DNA of 64,000 nucleotides from an uncultured delta proteobacterium (GCA_963769935.1 CAVYNY010000022.1:710941-774940), one strand, 5' to 3'. Counted from the stretch's first letter, positions 24,586 through 36,586 are shown. Program-made: numbers and translations. The notes: generated by a model from the letters alone, not told the origin.

Positions 24586-24957
24586 ATGCCGACAATCAAC
24601 CAGTTAATTAGGAAGGGCCGCAAGCGGATCAAGAAAAAAACCAATACACCGGCCCTCAAGAGGGCGCCCCAGAAAAGAGGGGTGTGCACCCGTGTTTATA
24701 CATCCACGCCCAAAAAGCCGAATTCCGCCCTGCGCAAAGTTGCGCGCGTTCGACTAACCACCGGTGTTGAAGTTACCGCATATATTCCCGGCATCGGGCA
24801 TAATTTGCAGGAGCACTCGGTGGTTCTGGTTCGCGGCGGCCGGGTCAAAGACCTGCCGGGCGTGAGGTATCATATCGTCCGGGGAACCCTGGATACGCTG
24901 GGGGTTGAAGATCGAAGACAGAGCCGTTCAAAATACGGGGCCAAAAAACCGAAGTAA
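24586..24957 (+). CDS. rpsL: 30S ribosomal protein S12
   Basis: [30 protein letters not shown]. Confidence 0.99.
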   Translation: MPTINQLIRKGRKRIKKKTNTPALKRAPQKRGVCTRVYTSTPKKPNSALRKVARVRLTTGVEVTAYIPGIGHNLQEHSVVLVRGGRVKDLPGVRYHIVRGTLDTLGVEDRRQSRSKYGAKKPK

Positions 24958-24971
24958 AAATGGGATGAAAG

Positions 24972-25077
24972 TTATCCTTTATTCGTTACGGGAGAGCACA
25001 ATTCCCAATCCAGCAGGTACAGGCAGTGATCGACGGATAACTGATAACCATCAACCGATAATTAATAACTATTAACA
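24972..25077. repeat. Heptamer-arm element (TTATTSG)...(ATAACYR)n between rpsL and rpsG
   Basis: Right arm ATAACTG ATAACCA TCAACCG ATAATTA ATAACTA TTAACAA; degenerate left arm. Confidence 0.65.
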
Positions 25078-25092
25078 AACAGTGGTGAAAGC

Positions 25093-25563
25093 ATGCCGAG
25101 AAGAAGAGAAGTACCGGAGCGACCGGTTACCGCCGATCCCAACTACGACAGCAAGCTGGTGTCGAAATTCATCAATTGCGTCATGCGAGACGGCAAAAAA
25201 AGTACCGCTCAGTCGCTTCTATACGATGCTTTTGGCATCATGAAAGAAAAATCCAAGGAATCACCGGTCAAGATTTTTGAACAGGCGGTAGACAACGTCC
25301 GGCCGTTGATTGAAGTAAAATCCAGACGAGTCGGCGGTTCGACCTATCAAGTTCCCACTGAAATTCGCCCCTCGCGGCGAACCGCGCTGGGGATCCGATG
25401 GATTATCGGGTATGCACGCCAACGACCGGAAAAAGGGATGGCCAAAAAACTGGCGGCAGAACTCATGGATGCGGCCAACAATCGCGGCGCATCGGTAAAG
25501 AAAAAGGAAGACACCCATAAAATGGCGGAAGCCAACAAGGCATTTGCGCATTTTCGCTGGTAA
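25093..25563 (+). CDS. rpsG: 30S ribosomal protein S7
   Basis: [35 protein letters not shown]. Confidence 0.99.
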   Translation: MPRRREVPERPVTADPNYDSKLVSKFINCVMRDGKKSTAQSLLYDAFGIMKEKSKESPVKIFEQAVDNVRPLIEVKSRRVGGSTYQVPTEIRPSRRTALGIRWIIGYARQRPEKGMAKKLAAELMDAANNRGASVKKKEDTHKMAEANKAFAHFRW

Positions 25564-25570
25564 GTCAAGA

Positions 25571-25655
25571 AATTGAAGAGGGTCAATTGACAATTAAAGA
25601 TTGATCCGTGGCGCGGAATGCGACCGCAGATCATCAATGGTCAATGATCAATTCA
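25571..25655. repeat. Inverted heptamer-arm element (AATTGAM)...(TCAATGR) in the rpsG-tuf spacer
   Basis: AATTGAA..CAATTGA CAATTAA AGATTGA ... TCAATGG TCAATGA TCAATTC. Confidence 0.65.
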
Positions 25656-25673
25656 AAAGGGGAGGAAGGGACG

Positions 25674-26868
25674 ATGTCGAAGGCAAAGTTTGAGCGGACC
25701 AAGCCGCATGTGAACGTAGGCACGATCGGTCATATCGATCATGGCAAGACGACGTTAACGGCGGCGATCACCAAGCATTTGGGCATGAAGGGGATGGCGG
25801 ATTTTGTTCCGTTTGATCAGATCGACAAGGCGCCGGAGGAGAAGGAGCGTGGCATCACGATCGCCACGGCGCATGTGGAGTATCAGACCGCCAAGCGTCA
25901 TTATGCGCATGTGGACTGTCCGGGGCATGCGGACTATATCAAGAACATGATCACCGGAGCGGCGCAGATGGACGGAGCGATACTGGTGGTGGGCGCCGAT
26001 GATGGTCCGATGCCGCAGACACGGGAGCACATATTGCTGGCGCGCCAGGTGGGGGTGCCGCAGATCGTGGTATTTTTAAACAAGTGTGACATGGTGGATG
26101 ATGAGGAGTTGATCGAGCTGGTGGAGCTGGAGTTGCGGGAGTTATTGGACAAGTATGAGTTTCCGGGCGATGACACGCCGATTATCCGGGGCAGTGCGTT
26201 AAAGGCGTTGGAGAGTGATGATCCGGATTCGGCGAGAGGCCAAGTGCATATTTGAGTTAATGGATGCGATCGACTCGTTTATTCCGGAGCCGCAGCGCGA
26301 TATCGACAAGCCGTTTTTGATGCCGATTGAGGATGTATTCAGCATTTCGGGACGGGGCACGGTGGTGACGGGGCGCGTGGAGCGCGGGGTGGTGCATGTG
26401 GGCGATGATGTAGAGATAGTGGGGATCCGGCCGACGTTTAAGACGGTGTGCACGGGAGTGGAGATGTTCCGCAAGCTGTTGGATGAGGGTCAGGCGGGCG
26501 ACAACATCGGGGTCTTGCTGCGCGGCACCAAGCGCGATGAAGTGGAGCGCGGGCAGGTGGTGGCGGTACCGGGCTCGATCACGCCGCACACCAAGTTCAA
26601 GGCGGAGGTGTATGTATTGAGCAAGGAGGAAGGGGGTCGACACACGCCGTTTTTCAGCGGCTATCGGCCGCAGTTTTATTTTCGCACGACGGATGTAACG
26701 GGGATATTGACGTTGCCCGAGGGTGTGGAGATGGTGATGCCCGGCGACAACGTAACGATCGAGGCGCAGTTGATAACGCCGATTGCCATGGAGAAGGAAG
26801 TTCGCTTTGCGGTACGCGAGGGTGGTCGTACGGTGGGCGCAGGGGTCGTCAGTGAAATTATCGAATAA
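25674..26868 (+). CDS. tuf: Elongation factor Tu, copy 2 (one apparent +1 indel near 26236)
   Basis: Full EF-Tu sequence split over ORFs 25608-26255 and 26215-26868. Confidence 0.96.
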
Positions 26869-26886
26869 AAGGAAAGAGTTAAGGTA

Positions 26887-27198
26887 ATGATAACGAATAC
26901 CAAGATCAGGATCCGGCTCAAGGCTTACGATCACAAGCTGTTGGATCAGTCTGCTACGGATATTGTTGATACAGCGACAAAGACCGGCGCCAAGGTGGTG
27001 GGACCGATTCCCTTGCCGACACGGATCAATAAGTATTGTGTGCTGCGTTCGCCTCACATTGATAAAAAATCACGTGAGCAATTTGAAATGCGAACACACA
27101 AAAGACTTTTAGATATCCTTGAGCCCACGCAACAGACAGTAGATGCGTTGATGAAGCTGGATCTTTCGCCGGGGGTCGATGTCGAGATAAAGCTTTAG
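26887..27198 (+). CDS. rpsJ: 30S ribosomal protein S10
   Basis: [32 protein letters not shown]. Confidence 0.99.
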   Translation: MITNTKIRIRLKAYDHKLLDQSATDIVDTATKTGAKVVGPIPLPTRINKYCVLRSPHIDKKSREQFEMRTHKRLLDILEPTQQTVDALMKLDLSPGVDVEIKL

Positions 27199-27360
27199 TT
27201 TGCCATCCTCCATTTAGGGGTTTGAGGGGTTGGGGGGTATGACAATTGATGATTTTCGAACCCCTAAATTCTTGGTTCCCGTCAAGACTGAGCAATCATA
27301 CCTGCTAATAACTGAGGCGATTAGAAAGATAATGCCTGTTCACAAGGGATGTGTTTGGCT

Positions 27361-27996
27361 ATGAGTAGAGGACTTTTAGGAAAAAAATTGGGGATGACGG
27401 GGGTGTTCACCCCGCAAGGACGATATATCCCGGCTACGGTTATTGAAGCCGGCCCGTGTGTGGTCACCCAGATCAAAACCAAGGCTGCGGACGGTTATGA
27501 TGCGCTGCAACTGGGATTTGGCGCCAAAAAGACAGAACGGGTGAACAAACCGCTGCAGGGCCATTTTAAAAAGAGCGGTGAACGATGCTTTGAATATGTG
27601 AAGGAATTTGCGGTTGAAAATCCTGCTGATTTCAATGTTGGTCAGGAAATCACCGTTGAAATGTTCAAGGTAGGCGAGAGAGTCGATGTCGCGGGGAAAA
27701 CAAAGGGACGCGGTTTCGCCGGCGCCATCAAGCGCCATGGTTTTCATCGCGGTCCCATGACCCATGGCAGCAAGAATGTTCGTCCGCCGGGATCCATCGG
27801 TTCGAGCGCCTGGCCCAGCAGAGTGGTCAAAGGCAAGAAAATGCCGGGTCATTTCGGTGATGATCGCAGGACGATTCGCAATCTTGAGATCATCGACATC
27901 CGCTCCGACGACAATTTGATTTTGGTAAAAGGGGCGGTTCCCGGAGCCGAACGCGGCCTGGTGACTGTTAATAAACTCAAATTCAAACGAGATTAA
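27361..27996 (+). CDS. rplC: 50S ribosomal protein L3
   Basis: GLLGKKLGMT, KGRGFAGAIKRHGF, KGKKMPGH. Confidence 0.98.
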   Translation: MSRGLLGKKLGMTGVFTPQGRYIPATVIEAGPCVVTQIKTKAADGYDALQLGFGAKKTERVNKPLQGHFKKSGERCFEYVKEFAVENPADFNVGQEITVEMFKVGERVDVAGKTKGRGFAGAIKRHGFHRGPMTHGSKNVRPPGSIGSSAWPSRVVKGKKMPGHFGDDRRTIRNLEIIDIRSDDNLILVKGAVPGAERGLVTVNKLKFKRD

Positions 27997-28038
27997 ATGA
28001 TCCGGTGACATGGATTGACAAGGTGAATGAGGAAAGAT

Positions 28039-28662
28039 ATGCCGGTCTTAGATGTCCAAAATGTAGAAGGCAAAAAAATCTCCCAGGTGGAGCTTGCGGA
28101 TGATGTTTTCGGTGTGCCGGTTAAAGCCAACGTCCTGCATCAGGTCGTCACCATGCAGTTGGCCAACCGACGAGCAGGTACCGCCGCTGTCAAGCATCGC
28201 GGCGATGTAAAGGGCAGCACGAGAAAGCTTTACCGCCAGAAAGGAACGGGCCGTGCACGCCGGGGAGACATAAAGTCCCCTCTGTTGCGGGGCGGCGGTG
28301 TTGTATTCGGACCTGATGGAAGAAATTATACCCAAAAAGTTCCCAAGAAGGTCAGAAAGCTGGCACTGAAGATGGCGTTGAGCAGCAAGTTGAATGAAAA
28401 TGAGGTGATGGTGCTGGACCGGTTTGAACTGGAAAAAATTAAAACCGGCGCCTTCGTCGATGTCCTGAAACAGTTGAAGCTTGAAAATGCTCTGTTTATA
28501 ACCGAAAAAAAGAATGAGAACTTGGAACTTTCATCCCGCAACGTGCCGGACGTGAAAGTACTCAGAAGCGAAGGCTTGAATGTCTACGACATTCTTAAAT
28601 ACCGGACATTGGTTCTGCTGGAGCCTGCGGTAAAGAATATTGAGGGGAGACTGCGCGCATGA
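28039..28662 (+). CDS. rplD: 50S ribosomal protein L4
   Basis: [20 protein letters not shown]. Confidence 0.98.
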   Translation: MPVLDVQNVEGKKISQVELADDVFGVPVKANVLHQVVTMQLANRRAGTAAVKHRGDVKGSTRKLYRQKGTGRARRGDIKSPLLRGGGVVFGPDGRNYTQKVPKKVRKLALKMALSSKLNENEVMVLDRFELEKIKTGAFVDVLKQLKLENALFITEKKNENLELSSRNVPDVKVLRSEGLNVYDILKYRTLVLLEPAVKNIEGRLRA

Positions 28663-28946
28663 CTGCACATGAGATTATCATAAGACCCCTGATCACCGAA
28701 AAAACCAGTATCCAAAAGGAAATGTTCAATCAGGTGAGTTTCGAGGTCGATCGGCGGGCCAATCGGATTGAAATCAAGCGGGCGATTGAGACTATTTTCA
28801 AGGTCAGGGTTGCCGACATAAAAACGATGCAGATGATGGGTAAAACCAAACGCCGGGGACGGACCCTCGGCAAACGGCGTGACTGGAAAAAAGCGATTGT
28901 TAAATTGACGCCCGGGGCAAAAATTGAATTTTTTGAAGGGGTCTAG
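28659..28946 (+). CDS. rplW: 50S ribosomal protein L23
   Basis: [14 protein letters not shown]. Confidence 0.97.
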   Translation: MTAHEIIIRPLITEKTSIQKEMFNQVSFEVDRRANRIEIKRAIETIFKVRVADIKTMQMMGKTKRRGRTLGKRRDWKKAIVKLTPGAKIEFFEGV

Positions 28947-28967
28947 AAATAAGGCTGGGAGAATATA

Positions 28968-29795
28968 ATGGCAATTAGAAAAGTGAAACCGACATCTCCG
29001 GGAAGACGCTTTCAAGCTTACTCCTCGTTTGAAGAGGTCACGAAATCCACGCCCGAAAAGCAGCTTTTGAAAGTGCTTAAGAAATCGGGCGGCCGCAATG
29101 TTTACGGCCGCATAACCTGCAGGCATCGCGGCGGAGGCAGCAAACGGCACTACCGGATCATCGACTTTAAACGTGATAAAATCGGTATTCCCGCCAAAGT
29201 TGCTGCGATCGAATATGATCCCAACCGTTCGTGCAGAATTGCATTGCTGCATTATGTCGACGGTGAAAAGCGCTATATCCTGGCTCCGCTGAACCTGGCA
29301 GTCAACGATATCGTCCAGTCCGGTCCTGAGGCTGATATCAAGCCGGGCAATTCGCTGCCTTTGAGCAACATACCGTTGGGTACCCAGATCCACAACATTG
29401 AACTGCGTCCCGGAAAAGGCGGCCAGATTGTAAGGAGTGCCGGAACGTTCGCTCAGTTAATGGCCAAAGAAGATCGGTATGCATTGATTAAATTGCCGTC
29501 CGGTGAGGTGCGCATGGTTTTAATGAATTGCAAAGCCACCATCGGGCAGCTGGGCAATGTGGCCCACGAGAACATCGACCTTGGCAAGGCCGGGCGCAAA
29601 CGGTGGCTGGGAAGAAGACCGAAGGTCAGAGGTGTTGCGATGAATCCGGTTGACCATCCCATGGGAGGTGGCGAAGGACGTTCTTCCGGCGGTCGCCATC
29701 CCTGCAGTCCGTGGGGGATGCCTACCAAAGGCTACAAAACCCGCAAAAATAAGACCAGCGATCGTCTGATCGTTAAAAGGCGCACTAAGAAATAG
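28968..29795 (+). CDS. rplB: 50S ribosomal protein L2
   Basis: [24 protein letters not shown]. Confidence 0.99.
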   Translation: MAIRKVKPTSPGRRFQAYSSFEEVTKSTPEKQLLKVLKKSGGRNVYGRITCRHRGGGSKRHYRIIDFKRDKIGIPAKVAAIEYDPNRSCRIALLHYVDGEKRYILAPLNLAVNDIVQSGPEADIKPGNSLPLSNIPLGTQIHNIELRPGKGGQIVRSAGTFAQLMAKEDRYALIKLPSGEVRMVLMNCKATIGQLGNVAHENIDLGKAGRKRWLGRRPKVRGVAMNPVDHPMGGGEGRSSGGRHPCSPWGMPTKGYKTRKNKTSDRLIVKRRTKK

Positions 29796-29909
29796 TTTAT
29801 AACCACTCAGGGTTCAGAGGTTTAAGATTCGTCTCCTTATCCTGATACCTGATCCGCTTTAACTAATAACCAGTAACGAATAACTATCAAACAGTCCGTG
29901 AGGGTATTT

Positions 29910-30191
29910 ATGCCGCGCTCGTTAAAAAAAGGTCCATACATTGAACAGAAGCTGTTGAATAAGGTGCTGGTGGCCCAGGAGACTCGCAGCAGCAGGGTCA
30001 TCCGAACATGGTCAAGGCGTTCAACAATTGTTCCGGAAATGGTTGGTATTACCCTGGCCGTTCATAACGGCCGTAAATTTGTGCCGGTATTTATATCGGA
30101 AAATATGGTTGGCCACAAATTGGGAGAATTTTCGCCTACTCGAACCTTTTACGGGCACGCGGGTGATAAGAAGTCCAAGCTAAAGCGGTAA
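29910..30191 (+). CDS. rpsS: 30S ribosomal protein S19
   Basis: [20 protein letters not shown]. Confidence 0.98.
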   Translation: MPRSLKKGPYIEQKLLNKVLVAQETRSSRVIRTWSRRSTIVPEMVGITLAVHNGRKFVPVFISENMVGHKLGEFSPTRTFYGHAGDKKSKLKR

Positions 30192-30222
30192 ACCGCAACA
30201 CTCTGGAAAAAGGAAAACGACG

Positions 30223-30567
30223 ATGGAAGTTAGAGCCGTCTCAAAATACGTTCGCATTTCGCCGCTTAAGGTACATAAACTGGTTGGTGCAATTAAAGGC
30301 AAACCGGTCGAAAGCGGGCTGCAGATACTTAAGTTCCTGCCTCAAAAAGCGGCGGGTATTTTGGAAAAGACCATTCGTTCAGCCGTTGCCAATGCAGATC
30401 AAAATGCCGATATCGATATCGATTTGCTGGTTATACGCAATATAACAGCCGACCAGGGGCCGACCCTGAAACGTTGGCGGGCGCGAGCACGGGGCAGGGG
30501 TACGCGCATTTTGAAAAGAACCAGTCATATTACCGTTATTTTAGCAGAAGAAACGGCGTTAGCATAA
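30223..30567 (+). CDS. rplV: 50S ribosomal protein L22
   Basis: RISPLK, SAVANA, RARGR..KRTSHIT. Confidence 0.98.
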   Translation: MEVRAVSKYVRISPLKVHKLVGAIKGKPVESGLQILKFLPQKAAGILEKTIRSAVANADQNADIDIDLLVIRNITADQGPTLKRWRARARGRGTRILKRTSHITVILAEETALA

Positions 30568-30579
30568 AGGAGGTCAAGG

Positions 30580-31233
30580 TTGGGCCAAAAAGTAAATCCG
30601 ATCGGATTAAGATTAGGCATCGTAAAAACGTGGGAATCACGCTGGTTTGGAGGAAAGAAATATGCCGAATATATTCTGGAAGATCACAAACTTCGCAAAT
30701 TTATCAAGCAAAAACTCTTTCATGCCGGTGTTTCACGGATCGAAATCGAGCGATCGTCCAAGCGTGTCCGGCTGCGCATCTATACTTCCAGACCAGGAAT
30801 CGTGATCGGAAAAAAGGGGGCCGAGATATCGCAGCTTAAAAAAGAGCTCGAGAAAATGACCGTCCATGAAGTTCTCATCGACATCCAGGAAGTCAGGAAG
30901 CCGGAGATAGAGGCCCAACTCGTAGCAGAAAATGTCGCCCTGCAGATTGAACGAAGAGTCGCCTTCCGTCGCGCTATGAAGCGCGGTGTTTCCTCTGCCA
31001 TGCGTTTTGGTGCGTTGGGGGTGAAGATCATCTGTGCCGGACGCTTGGGGGGCGCTGAGATGGCCCGCACCGAATGGTATCGGGAAGGACGTGTGCCCTT
31101 GCACACGCTGCGTGCCGATATAGATTACGGTTTTATCGAGGCCCGCACCACCTATGGGATCATTGGTGTTAAAGTGTTCATTTTTAAAGGAGAAATCCTG
31201 AAAAAAGATCAGCTCCAGGTCGAGCCCGCTTAG
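30580..31233 (+). CDS. rpsC: 30S ribosomal protein S3
   Basis: [34 protein letters not shown]. Confidence 0.99.
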   Translation: MGQKVNPIGLRLGIVKTWESRWFGGKKYAEYILEDHKLRKFIKQKLFHAGVSRIEIERSSKRVRLRIYTSRPGIVIGKKGAEISQLKKELEKMTVHEVLIDIQEVRKPEIEAQLVAENVALQIERRVAFRRAMKRGVSSAMRFGALGVKIICAGRLGGAEMARTEWYREGRVPLHTLRADIDYGFIEARTTYGIIGVKVFIFKGEILKKDQLQVEPA

Positions 31234-31391
31234 GGCACTGTAGCAATCGCTCGACGGACTTTTTTATCTTGAAATTTTAAACCTGTAACAATTGATTTTC
31301 GACGCATGTTTTGCAGGGCCGGTTCGGTTCTCACAAAGCTGAATTTTAACAGGTAATACGCCTTGCACCGCATGCCCCAGGAGTTAGTACT

Positions 31392-31808
31392 ATGCTGAGC
31401 CCCAAAAAAGTAAAATTTCGCAAACAGCAAAAGGGCCGAATGCGCGGTGTCGCGCTGCGTGGCTGTACCCTGAATTTCGGCGAATACGGTTTGCAGGCTA
31501 CCGAATGCGGGAAAGTCAGTGCCAAGCAAATTGAGGCCGCCCGTATTGCGATGACCCGCCATGTGAAAAGGGGGGGGCGAATTTGGATTCGTATTTTCCC
31601 TGATAAACCGTTTACCAAGAAACCCGCTGAAGTCAGGATGGGTAAGGGTAAAGGCCCGGTGGAGGGATGGGAGGCTGTCATTCGTCCCGGCCGAATTCTT
31701 TATGAGATGCAGGGAGTTTCCAAGGAAATGGCCAAAGAAGCTCTGCGGCTTGCTGCCCATAAGCTCGCGGTAAGAACGAAATTCGTCGAGAGGAGCGAAG
31801 CCTTATGA
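31392..31808 (+). CDS. rplP: 50S ribosomal protein L16
   Basis: [22 protein letters not shown]. Confidence 0.99.
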   Translation: MLSPKKVKFRKQQKGRMRGVALRGCTLNFGEYGLQATECGKVSAKQIEAARIAMTRHVKRGGRIWIRIFPDKPFTKKPAEVRMGKGKGPVEGWEAVIRPGRILYEMQGVSKEMAKEALRLAAHKLAVRTKFVERSEAL

Positions 31809-32014
31809 AAGCCAGTGAGATCAGAGACATGAACCTGGACGAGATGCATCGCAAGGTTTCTGATTTAAAAGAGGAGTTGTTTAATTTGCGATTTCAGCAT
31901 GAAATCGGCCAGCTGGAAAATCCTCAGCGGATGAAACAGGCCAAACGAGATATTGCCAGGCTGAAAACGATTATCAAAGAAGCTAGCATCAAGGAAAAGG
32001 AAGATAACAGATAG
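31805..32014 (+). CDS. rpmC: 50S ribosomal protein L29
   Basis: [16 protein letters not shown]. Confidence 0.97.
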   Translation: MKASEIRDMNLDEMHRKVSDLKEELFNLRFQHEIGQLENPQRMKQAKRDIARLKTIIKEASIKEKEDNR

Positions 32015-32280
32015 TGGCTGCCATGAAACAACGAGGAATGAAAAGAGAGTTGGTCGGGACGGTCGTCAGCAATAAGGCGGACAAAACGGCAACCGTACTG
32101 GTAGAGCGATTGGTTAAACATCAGATGTATCAAAAATTTGTAAGAAGACGCGCCAAGTTCACCGCTCATGACGCTCGCAATGATTGTCAGATAGGTGACA
32201 AGGTGCTGATTTCGGAGTCTCGCCCGCTGAGTAAAACAAAAAGGTGGCGGGTGGTCAGAATCGTTGAAAAGGCTGTTTGA
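32014..32280 (+). CDS. rpsQ: 30S ribosomal protein S17
   Basis: [22 protein letters not shown] (start may be ATG 32023). Confidence 0.97.
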   Translation: MAAMKQRGMKRELVGTVVSNKADKTATVLVERLVKHQMYQKFVRRRAKFTAHDARNDCQIGDKVLISESRPLSKTKRWRVVRIVEKAV

Positions 32281-32301
32281 TTATAAAGGGAAAAAAAGAA
32301 A

Positions 32302-32670
32302 ATGATTCAGGCAGAAACACGACTAACCGTGGCTGACAATTCAGGAGCCAAGGTGCTCTATTGCATCAAAGTGCTGGGCGGCTCCCGCAGGCGGTATGCA
32401 TCCGTCGGAGACATTATCGTCGTATCAGTTAAAGAAGCCATTCCGAATGCCAAAGTCAAAAAGGGAGATGTTTTAAAGGCCGTGATTGTGCGAACCAAAA
32501 AGGAGATCAGACGACCGGATGGTTCCTTCATTCGATTTGACGATAATTCGGCCGTATTAATCAATGCTTCCAGAGAGCCCATCGGAACCCGCATCTTCGG
32601 TCCCGTAGCCCGGGAGCTGCGCGCTAAAAGATTCATGAAAATTATTTCCTTGGCACCGGAAGTGCTTTAA
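32302..32670 (+). CDS. rplN: 50S ribosomal protein L14
   Basis: [20 protein letters not shown]. Confidence 0.99.
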   Translation: MIQAETRLTVADNSGAKVLYCIKVLGGSRRRYASVGDIIVVSVKEAIPNAKVKKGDVLKAVIVRTKKEIRRPDGSFIRFDDNSAVLINASREPIGTRIFGPVARELRAKRFMKIISLAPEVL

Positions 32671-32676
32671 ATTTTA

Positions 32677-32804
32677 GTTATTGGTTATTGGTTATTTGTT
32701 ATTCAGCGGCGGAATTTAATCGACTTGGCAGATAAATGCAGAGCTATGAAGCATAAAAGCAGATTCCACTCCTTTGCTGCTAATAACAAGTAACTAATAA
32801 CAGC
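32677..32804. repeat. Inverted heptamer-arm element (GTTATTG)n...(AATAACW)n between rplN and rplX
   Basis: GTTATTG GTTATTG GTTATTT GTTATTC ... AATAACA AGTAACT AATAACA. Confidence 0.8.
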
Positions 32805-32826
32805 TATTCGTTGGAGAAAATGGCTT

Positions 32827-33156
32827 ATGAAGGCAAGTAAAATCAATATAAAAAAAGACGATAAGATCAAAGTTATTGCCGGCAAGGACAAAGGCAAAAT
32901 CGGGAAAGTATTGAAGGTCAATCGCAAAACAAATCGCCTCCTTGTCGAGAAGATAAATATTGTCAAGCGTCACACCAGACCGTCGCAGAGTAACAGACAG
33001 GGCGGAATCGTCGAAAAAGAGATGCCGATCCAATGGTCCAATGTCATGGTGATGTGCAACAAATGTGTTACGCCTGCACGTGTCAAGATGCAGCGCCTGG
33101 AGGATGGGAATAAAGTCCGCGTTTGTGCAAAATGCGGTGAAACGCTGGACACCTAG
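32827..33156 (+). CDS. rplX: 50S ribosomal protein L24
   Basis: [11 protein letters not shown] (KOW), [15 protein letters not shown]. Confidence 0.97.
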   Translation: MKASKINIKKDDKIKVIAGKDKGKIGKVLKVNRKTNRLLVEKINIVKRHTRPSQSNRQGGIVEKEMPIQWSNVMVMCNKCVTPARVKMQRLEDGNKVRVCAKCGETLDT

Positions 33157-33178
33157 TATCGTTTGCCGGAGGATCATA

Positions 33179-33718
33179 ATGTCACAGTTGCAAGAGTTTT
33201 ACGAAAAAGAAGCTGTACCGGAGCTGATCAAGGCTTTTAATTATAAAAATGCCATGCAAGTGCCCAGGCTTGAAAAGATTGTTCTCAATATGGGGCTGGG
33301 CGATGCGATTCAAAATATTAAACTGCTGGATTCGGCTGCCGCGGAGCTCAAAATTATAGCCGGCCAGCAGCCGGTAATTACGCGTGCCAAGAAATCGATT
33401 GCCGCCTTCAAGCTGCGTGAGGGAATGCCTATCGGTTGCATGGTTACTTTAAGACGCATTCGGATGTATGACTTTTTTTACAAATTGGTGAATATCGCTC
33501 TGCCTCGAGTCCGCGATTTCAGGGGAATTTCAAGAAAGGCGTTTGATGGCCGCGGCAATTATTCCCTGGGGGTCAGAGAACATATTATATTCCCCGAAAT
33601 TGATTACGATAAAATCGACATCGTCAAGGGCCTAAACATTTGTGTCGTGACCAGTGCTAAAACCGACGATGAGGGCCGGGAACTTCTGCGGCTGTTAGGC
33701 ATGCCGTTTAAAAATTGA
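33179..33718 (+). CDS. rplE: 50S ribosomal protein L5
   Basis: [32 protein letters not shown]. Confidence 0.98.
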   Translation: MSQLQEFYEKEAVPELIKAFNYKNAMQVPRLEKIVLNMGLGDAIQNIKLLDSAAAELKIIAGQQPVITRAKKSIAAFKLREGMPIGCMVTLRRIRMYDFFYKLVNIALPRVRDFRGISRKAFDGRGNYSLGVREHIIFPEIDYDKIDIVKGLNICVVTSAKTDDEGRELLRLLGMPFKN

Positions 33719-33902
33719 GGTTCAGAGGTTCAGAGGTTCAGGGTTCAGCGCCGCCGCCGGCCGCCGGAGTCCAAGCGCCTTGGAGGGCGGCCAGTTTGAT
33801 CGAAGAGGAAACTTCTTGCATGAAGTTTCATACAAAGGCTTTAAATAAAAATTGAACTGCTATCCAAATAACCTTGAACGCAGAAACCTGAACCATGGAA
33901 CC
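33717..33902. repeat. Inverted heptamer-arm element (GAGGTTC)n...(GAACC)n with GC-rich core, between rplE and rpsN
   Basis: GAGGTTC AGAGGTTC AGAGGTTC AGGGTTC ... CTTGAAC..CCTGAAC CATGGAAC; core related to 58913-58980 on the opposite strand. Confidence 0.75.
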
Positions 33903-33923
33903 ATCATTTATTAGGAGGATGTT

Positions 33924-34109
33924 TTGGCAAAAAAAGCGCTTAGAAACAAAGCGGTGCAAAAACCAAAGTTTAAAGTCAGATCTTATAATAGATGTCCGAT
34001 TTGTGGCCGACCGCGGGCTTTTTTGAGAAAGTTCGGCGTTTGTCGGATTTGCTTTCGCGTATTTGCATCCGAGGGCAAACTGCCCGGCGTGGTGAAATCA
34101 AGCTGGTAA
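33924..34109 (+). CDS. rpsN: 30S ribosomal protein S14 (short Zn-binding type Z)
   Basis: [17 protein letters not shown], 61 aa. Confidence 0.97.
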   Translation: MAKKALRNKAVQKPKFKVRSYNRCPICGRPRAFLRKFGVCRICFRVFASEGKLPGVVKSSW

Positions 34110-34165
34110 CCAGTGACCAGAAGCCGGAAACCAGGAGCCGAAAAAAAGATTAACAGGAGAAAACA

Positions 34166-34564
34166 ATGGCGATTAGTGATCCAATAGCTGACATGTTAAC
34201 CCGCATCCGCAATGCGGCCAAGGCAAAATTTAACAGCGTAGATATCCCTGGTTCGACTTTAAAAATCGAGGTGGCAAAAATATTGAAAAGTGAAGGATAC
34301 ATCCGGAACTATAAATTCCTCAAAGACGGCAAACAGGGTATTCTACGCGTTTACCTCAAATATGGCGCGGGCCAATCCAATGTGATTTACGGGCTCAAAC
34401 GTATCAGCAAGCCCAGCAGGCGGATTTATCTGAGATGCAAGGAGATAAAGCCGGTGTACAACGGCATGGGGATTGCGATTTTATCGACTTCCAGGGGAGT
34501 CATGACGGATAAAAAGGCCCGGCAGGAAAAAGTCGGCGGTGAAGTACTCTGCCAGGTCTGGTAG
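34166..34564 (+). CDS. rpsH: 30S ribosomal protein S8
   Basis: [29 protein letters not shown]. Confidence 0.98.
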   Translation: MAISDPIADMLTRIRNAAKAKFNSVDIPGSTLKIEVAKILKSEGYIRNYKFLKDGKQGILRVYLKYGAGQSNVIYGLKRISKPSRRIYLRCKEIKPVYNGMGIAILSTSRGVMTDKKARQEKVGGEVLCQVW

Positions 34565-34583
34565 CATTTAGGGGGAGTAGCAT

Positions 34584-35123
34584 ATGTCTCGAGTAGGCAA
34601 AAAACCGATAACAATACCCGGTAAAACCAAAATAACTTATAGCGACAAGTTGCTGGTCGTCGAAGGTGACAAGGGCAAGCTGAGCCACACCGTTCATCCG
34701 GCCATCGATTTAGCTATTGAAGATGGCGTCTTGAATGTGACCCTGGATACCGAAGGTCGGAACAGCCGGGCTTTGCAGGGGCTTACGCGCAGTCTGGTGG
34801 CCAATATGATTGTCGGTGTGAGTCAGGGGTTTGAACGCAGGCTGGAAATAAACGGCATCGGTTATCGTGCCGAAGTCAGCGGCAGGCAAATAATTCTGCA
34901 CGTCGGGTATTCAAATCCCGTTGCTTTCGACCTGCCGGATGGAATAACGGCCACCGTTGAAAAAAACAACAATATCAAGCTGTTCGGCATCGACAAACAA
35001 AAAGTCGGTCTTGCAGCAGCTGCAATTCGAAGAATTCGGCCGCCTGAACCTTACAAAGGCAAAGGCATCAAGTATGCCGAGGAACATATTCAAAGAAAAG
35101 CCGGCAAGACCGGCACCAAGTAG
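34584..35123 (+). CDS. rplF: 50S ribosomal protein L6
   Basis: MSRVGKKPI, RPPEPYKGKGI. Confidence 0.98.
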   Translation: MSRVGKKPITIPGKTKITYSDKLLVVEGDKGKLSHTVHPAIDLAIEDGVLNVTLDTEGRNSRALQGLTRSLVANMIVGVSQGFERRLEINGIGYRAEVSGRQIILHVGYSNPVAFDLPDGITATVEKNNNIKLFGIDKQKVGLAAAAIRRIRPPEPYKGKGIKYAEEHIQRKAGKTGTK

Positions 35124-35250
35124 AATGAATAATGCAAATTGAATATTGAATATTGAATAATTATGGAATGCTTCCAAACTAAATCTATCAAGAACCGCCA
35201 AGCGAAGCGGCATCCACAATTAGTCAATTGTCATTAGTCATTTGACATTT
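35124..35250. repeat. Inverted heptamer-arm element (ATTGAAT)n...(GTCAWTW)n between rplF and rplR
   Basis: ATTGAAT ATTGAAT ATTGAAT ... AGCGAAGCGGCATCCACAATT AGTCAAT TGTCATT AGTCATT TGACATT. Confidence 0.75.
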
Positions 35251-35266
35251 CCAAGAGGAAAACATT

Positions 35267-35636
35267 ATGGGGTCTATGAACATTCGACAACAGGCTCGTT
35301 TGAAGAGACAGAAAAGAATCAGAAAAAAAATTCAGGGGACGGCTCAGCGACCAAGGCTCAGTGTATTCCGCAGCGCACGACACACCTATGCGCAAATCAT
35401 TAGATGATTCGCAGGGCCGTACGCTGATGGCGGCATCTACCGTTGGATCTAAAGCCAAAGATGCGCCTGAATTCGAAAACAAGGTTGCAGCGGCAAAACT
35501 TGTCGGTAAACTTATCGGCCAACGAGCGCTTGATAAAGGGATTAAGCAGGTAGTGTTTGATCGTAACGGGTTTTTATATCATGGGCGAATAAAGTCTCTC
35601 TCAGAAGGTGCCCGCGAAGCCGGGCTGGTTTTTTAA
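35267..35636 (+). CDS. rplR: 50S ribosomal protein L18 (apparent +1 indel near 35402)
   Basis: [45 protein letters not shown], then shifts to [13 protein letters not shown]...[18 protein letters not shown]. Confidence 0.93.
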
Positions 35637-35690
35637 TCGCGTATTTTTGATATTTCTTTTACTTATTTTTCGAGCGAAGGAGGCAGGATC

Positions 35691-36184
35691 TTGTCAAAAC
35701 AGGATTCAGATGAATTTCAGTTAATCGACAAAGTGGTTCATATCAATCGGGTGGCCAAAGTCGTTAAAGGCGGCCGCCGATTCAGTTTCAGCGCCATCGT
35801 TGTCGTCGGGGACGGCGATGGTTCTGTTGGCTTCGGTCTGGGCAAAGCCGGTGAGGTGCCGGAAGCCATACGCAAAGGGGTTGAGAAAGCCAAAAAAAGC
35901 ATGGTTAGCGTACCGCTCATTGAAGGTACCATCCCTTATGAGGTGGTTGGTAAATTCGGTGCTGGACGGGTCATGCTGAAGCCTGCTGCCCAGGGCACCG
36001 GTGTGATCGCCGGCGGCGCGGTACGGGCCGTTCTCGAGGCTGTCGGTGTGCAGAATATTCTGACCAAATGCCTGGGATCGCACAACCCGCATAATCTGGT
36101 AAAGGCAACCATCGAGGGACTTCAGCAATTGAAAGCCGCGCGCAGGTCGCCTCCAGACGCGGCATCGGTGTTGAGGATTTGTAG
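35691..36184 (+). CDS. rpsE: 30S ribosomal protein S5 (apparent -1 indel in A-run near 36134)
   Basis: [24 protein letters not shown]; restoring one A gives [22 protein letters not shown] (TAG 36182-36184). Confidence 0.94.
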
Positions 36185-36389
36185 AGCGGTCACTGGCGAT
36201 CAGCGACTTTTTGCAATGCGCATGTTGCCGGCGGGCACTTAGCTCGCCGGATAGTGAAGTCGTCAAACAGACAACGGCAGATTGGGGAAAACCTGCAGCT
36301 CAGTTTTCTGATGGCTTTAGCTGCCAAAAGACGTTGGGCCAAGGGCCCCAAACCAATACCCGGCGAAGAAGGAAAGGTATAATACTCAG

Positions 36390-36586
36390 ATGGCAGGAAT
36401 GTTAAAAGTTACACTTGTAAAAAGTATGATCGGTCGGCCCGAAAAGCATCGTAAAGTTTTAAGAGGAATGGGATTGACCAAGCTCAATCGAACCGTTGAA
36501 CTGCAGGACACGCCTCCATTCGGGGGATGATCAATGCCGTTTCTCATTTGGTAAAAGCTGAGGAGAAAATAAATGAAGCTAAATGA
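36390..36586 (+). CDS. rpmD: 50S ribosomal protein L30 (apparent -1 indel near 36516)
   Basis: MAGMLKVTLVKSMIGRPEKHRKVLRGMGLTKLNRTVELQDTP / IRGMINAVSHLVKAEE. Not in the ORF track. Confidence 0.92.

Noticed and set aside
26225..26245. Both tuf copies shift +1 at about the same codon (DPD..EAK), suggesting a recoding site
   Set aside because: The local sequences differ between copies and there is no slippery motif. This is where the paralogs diverge, so mixed-read consensus error is the simpler explanation.
36520..36535. In-frame TGA in rpmD (and rplR) as selenocysteine or readthrough
   Set aside because: The conserved protein continues in another frame, so these are indels and not recoded stops.
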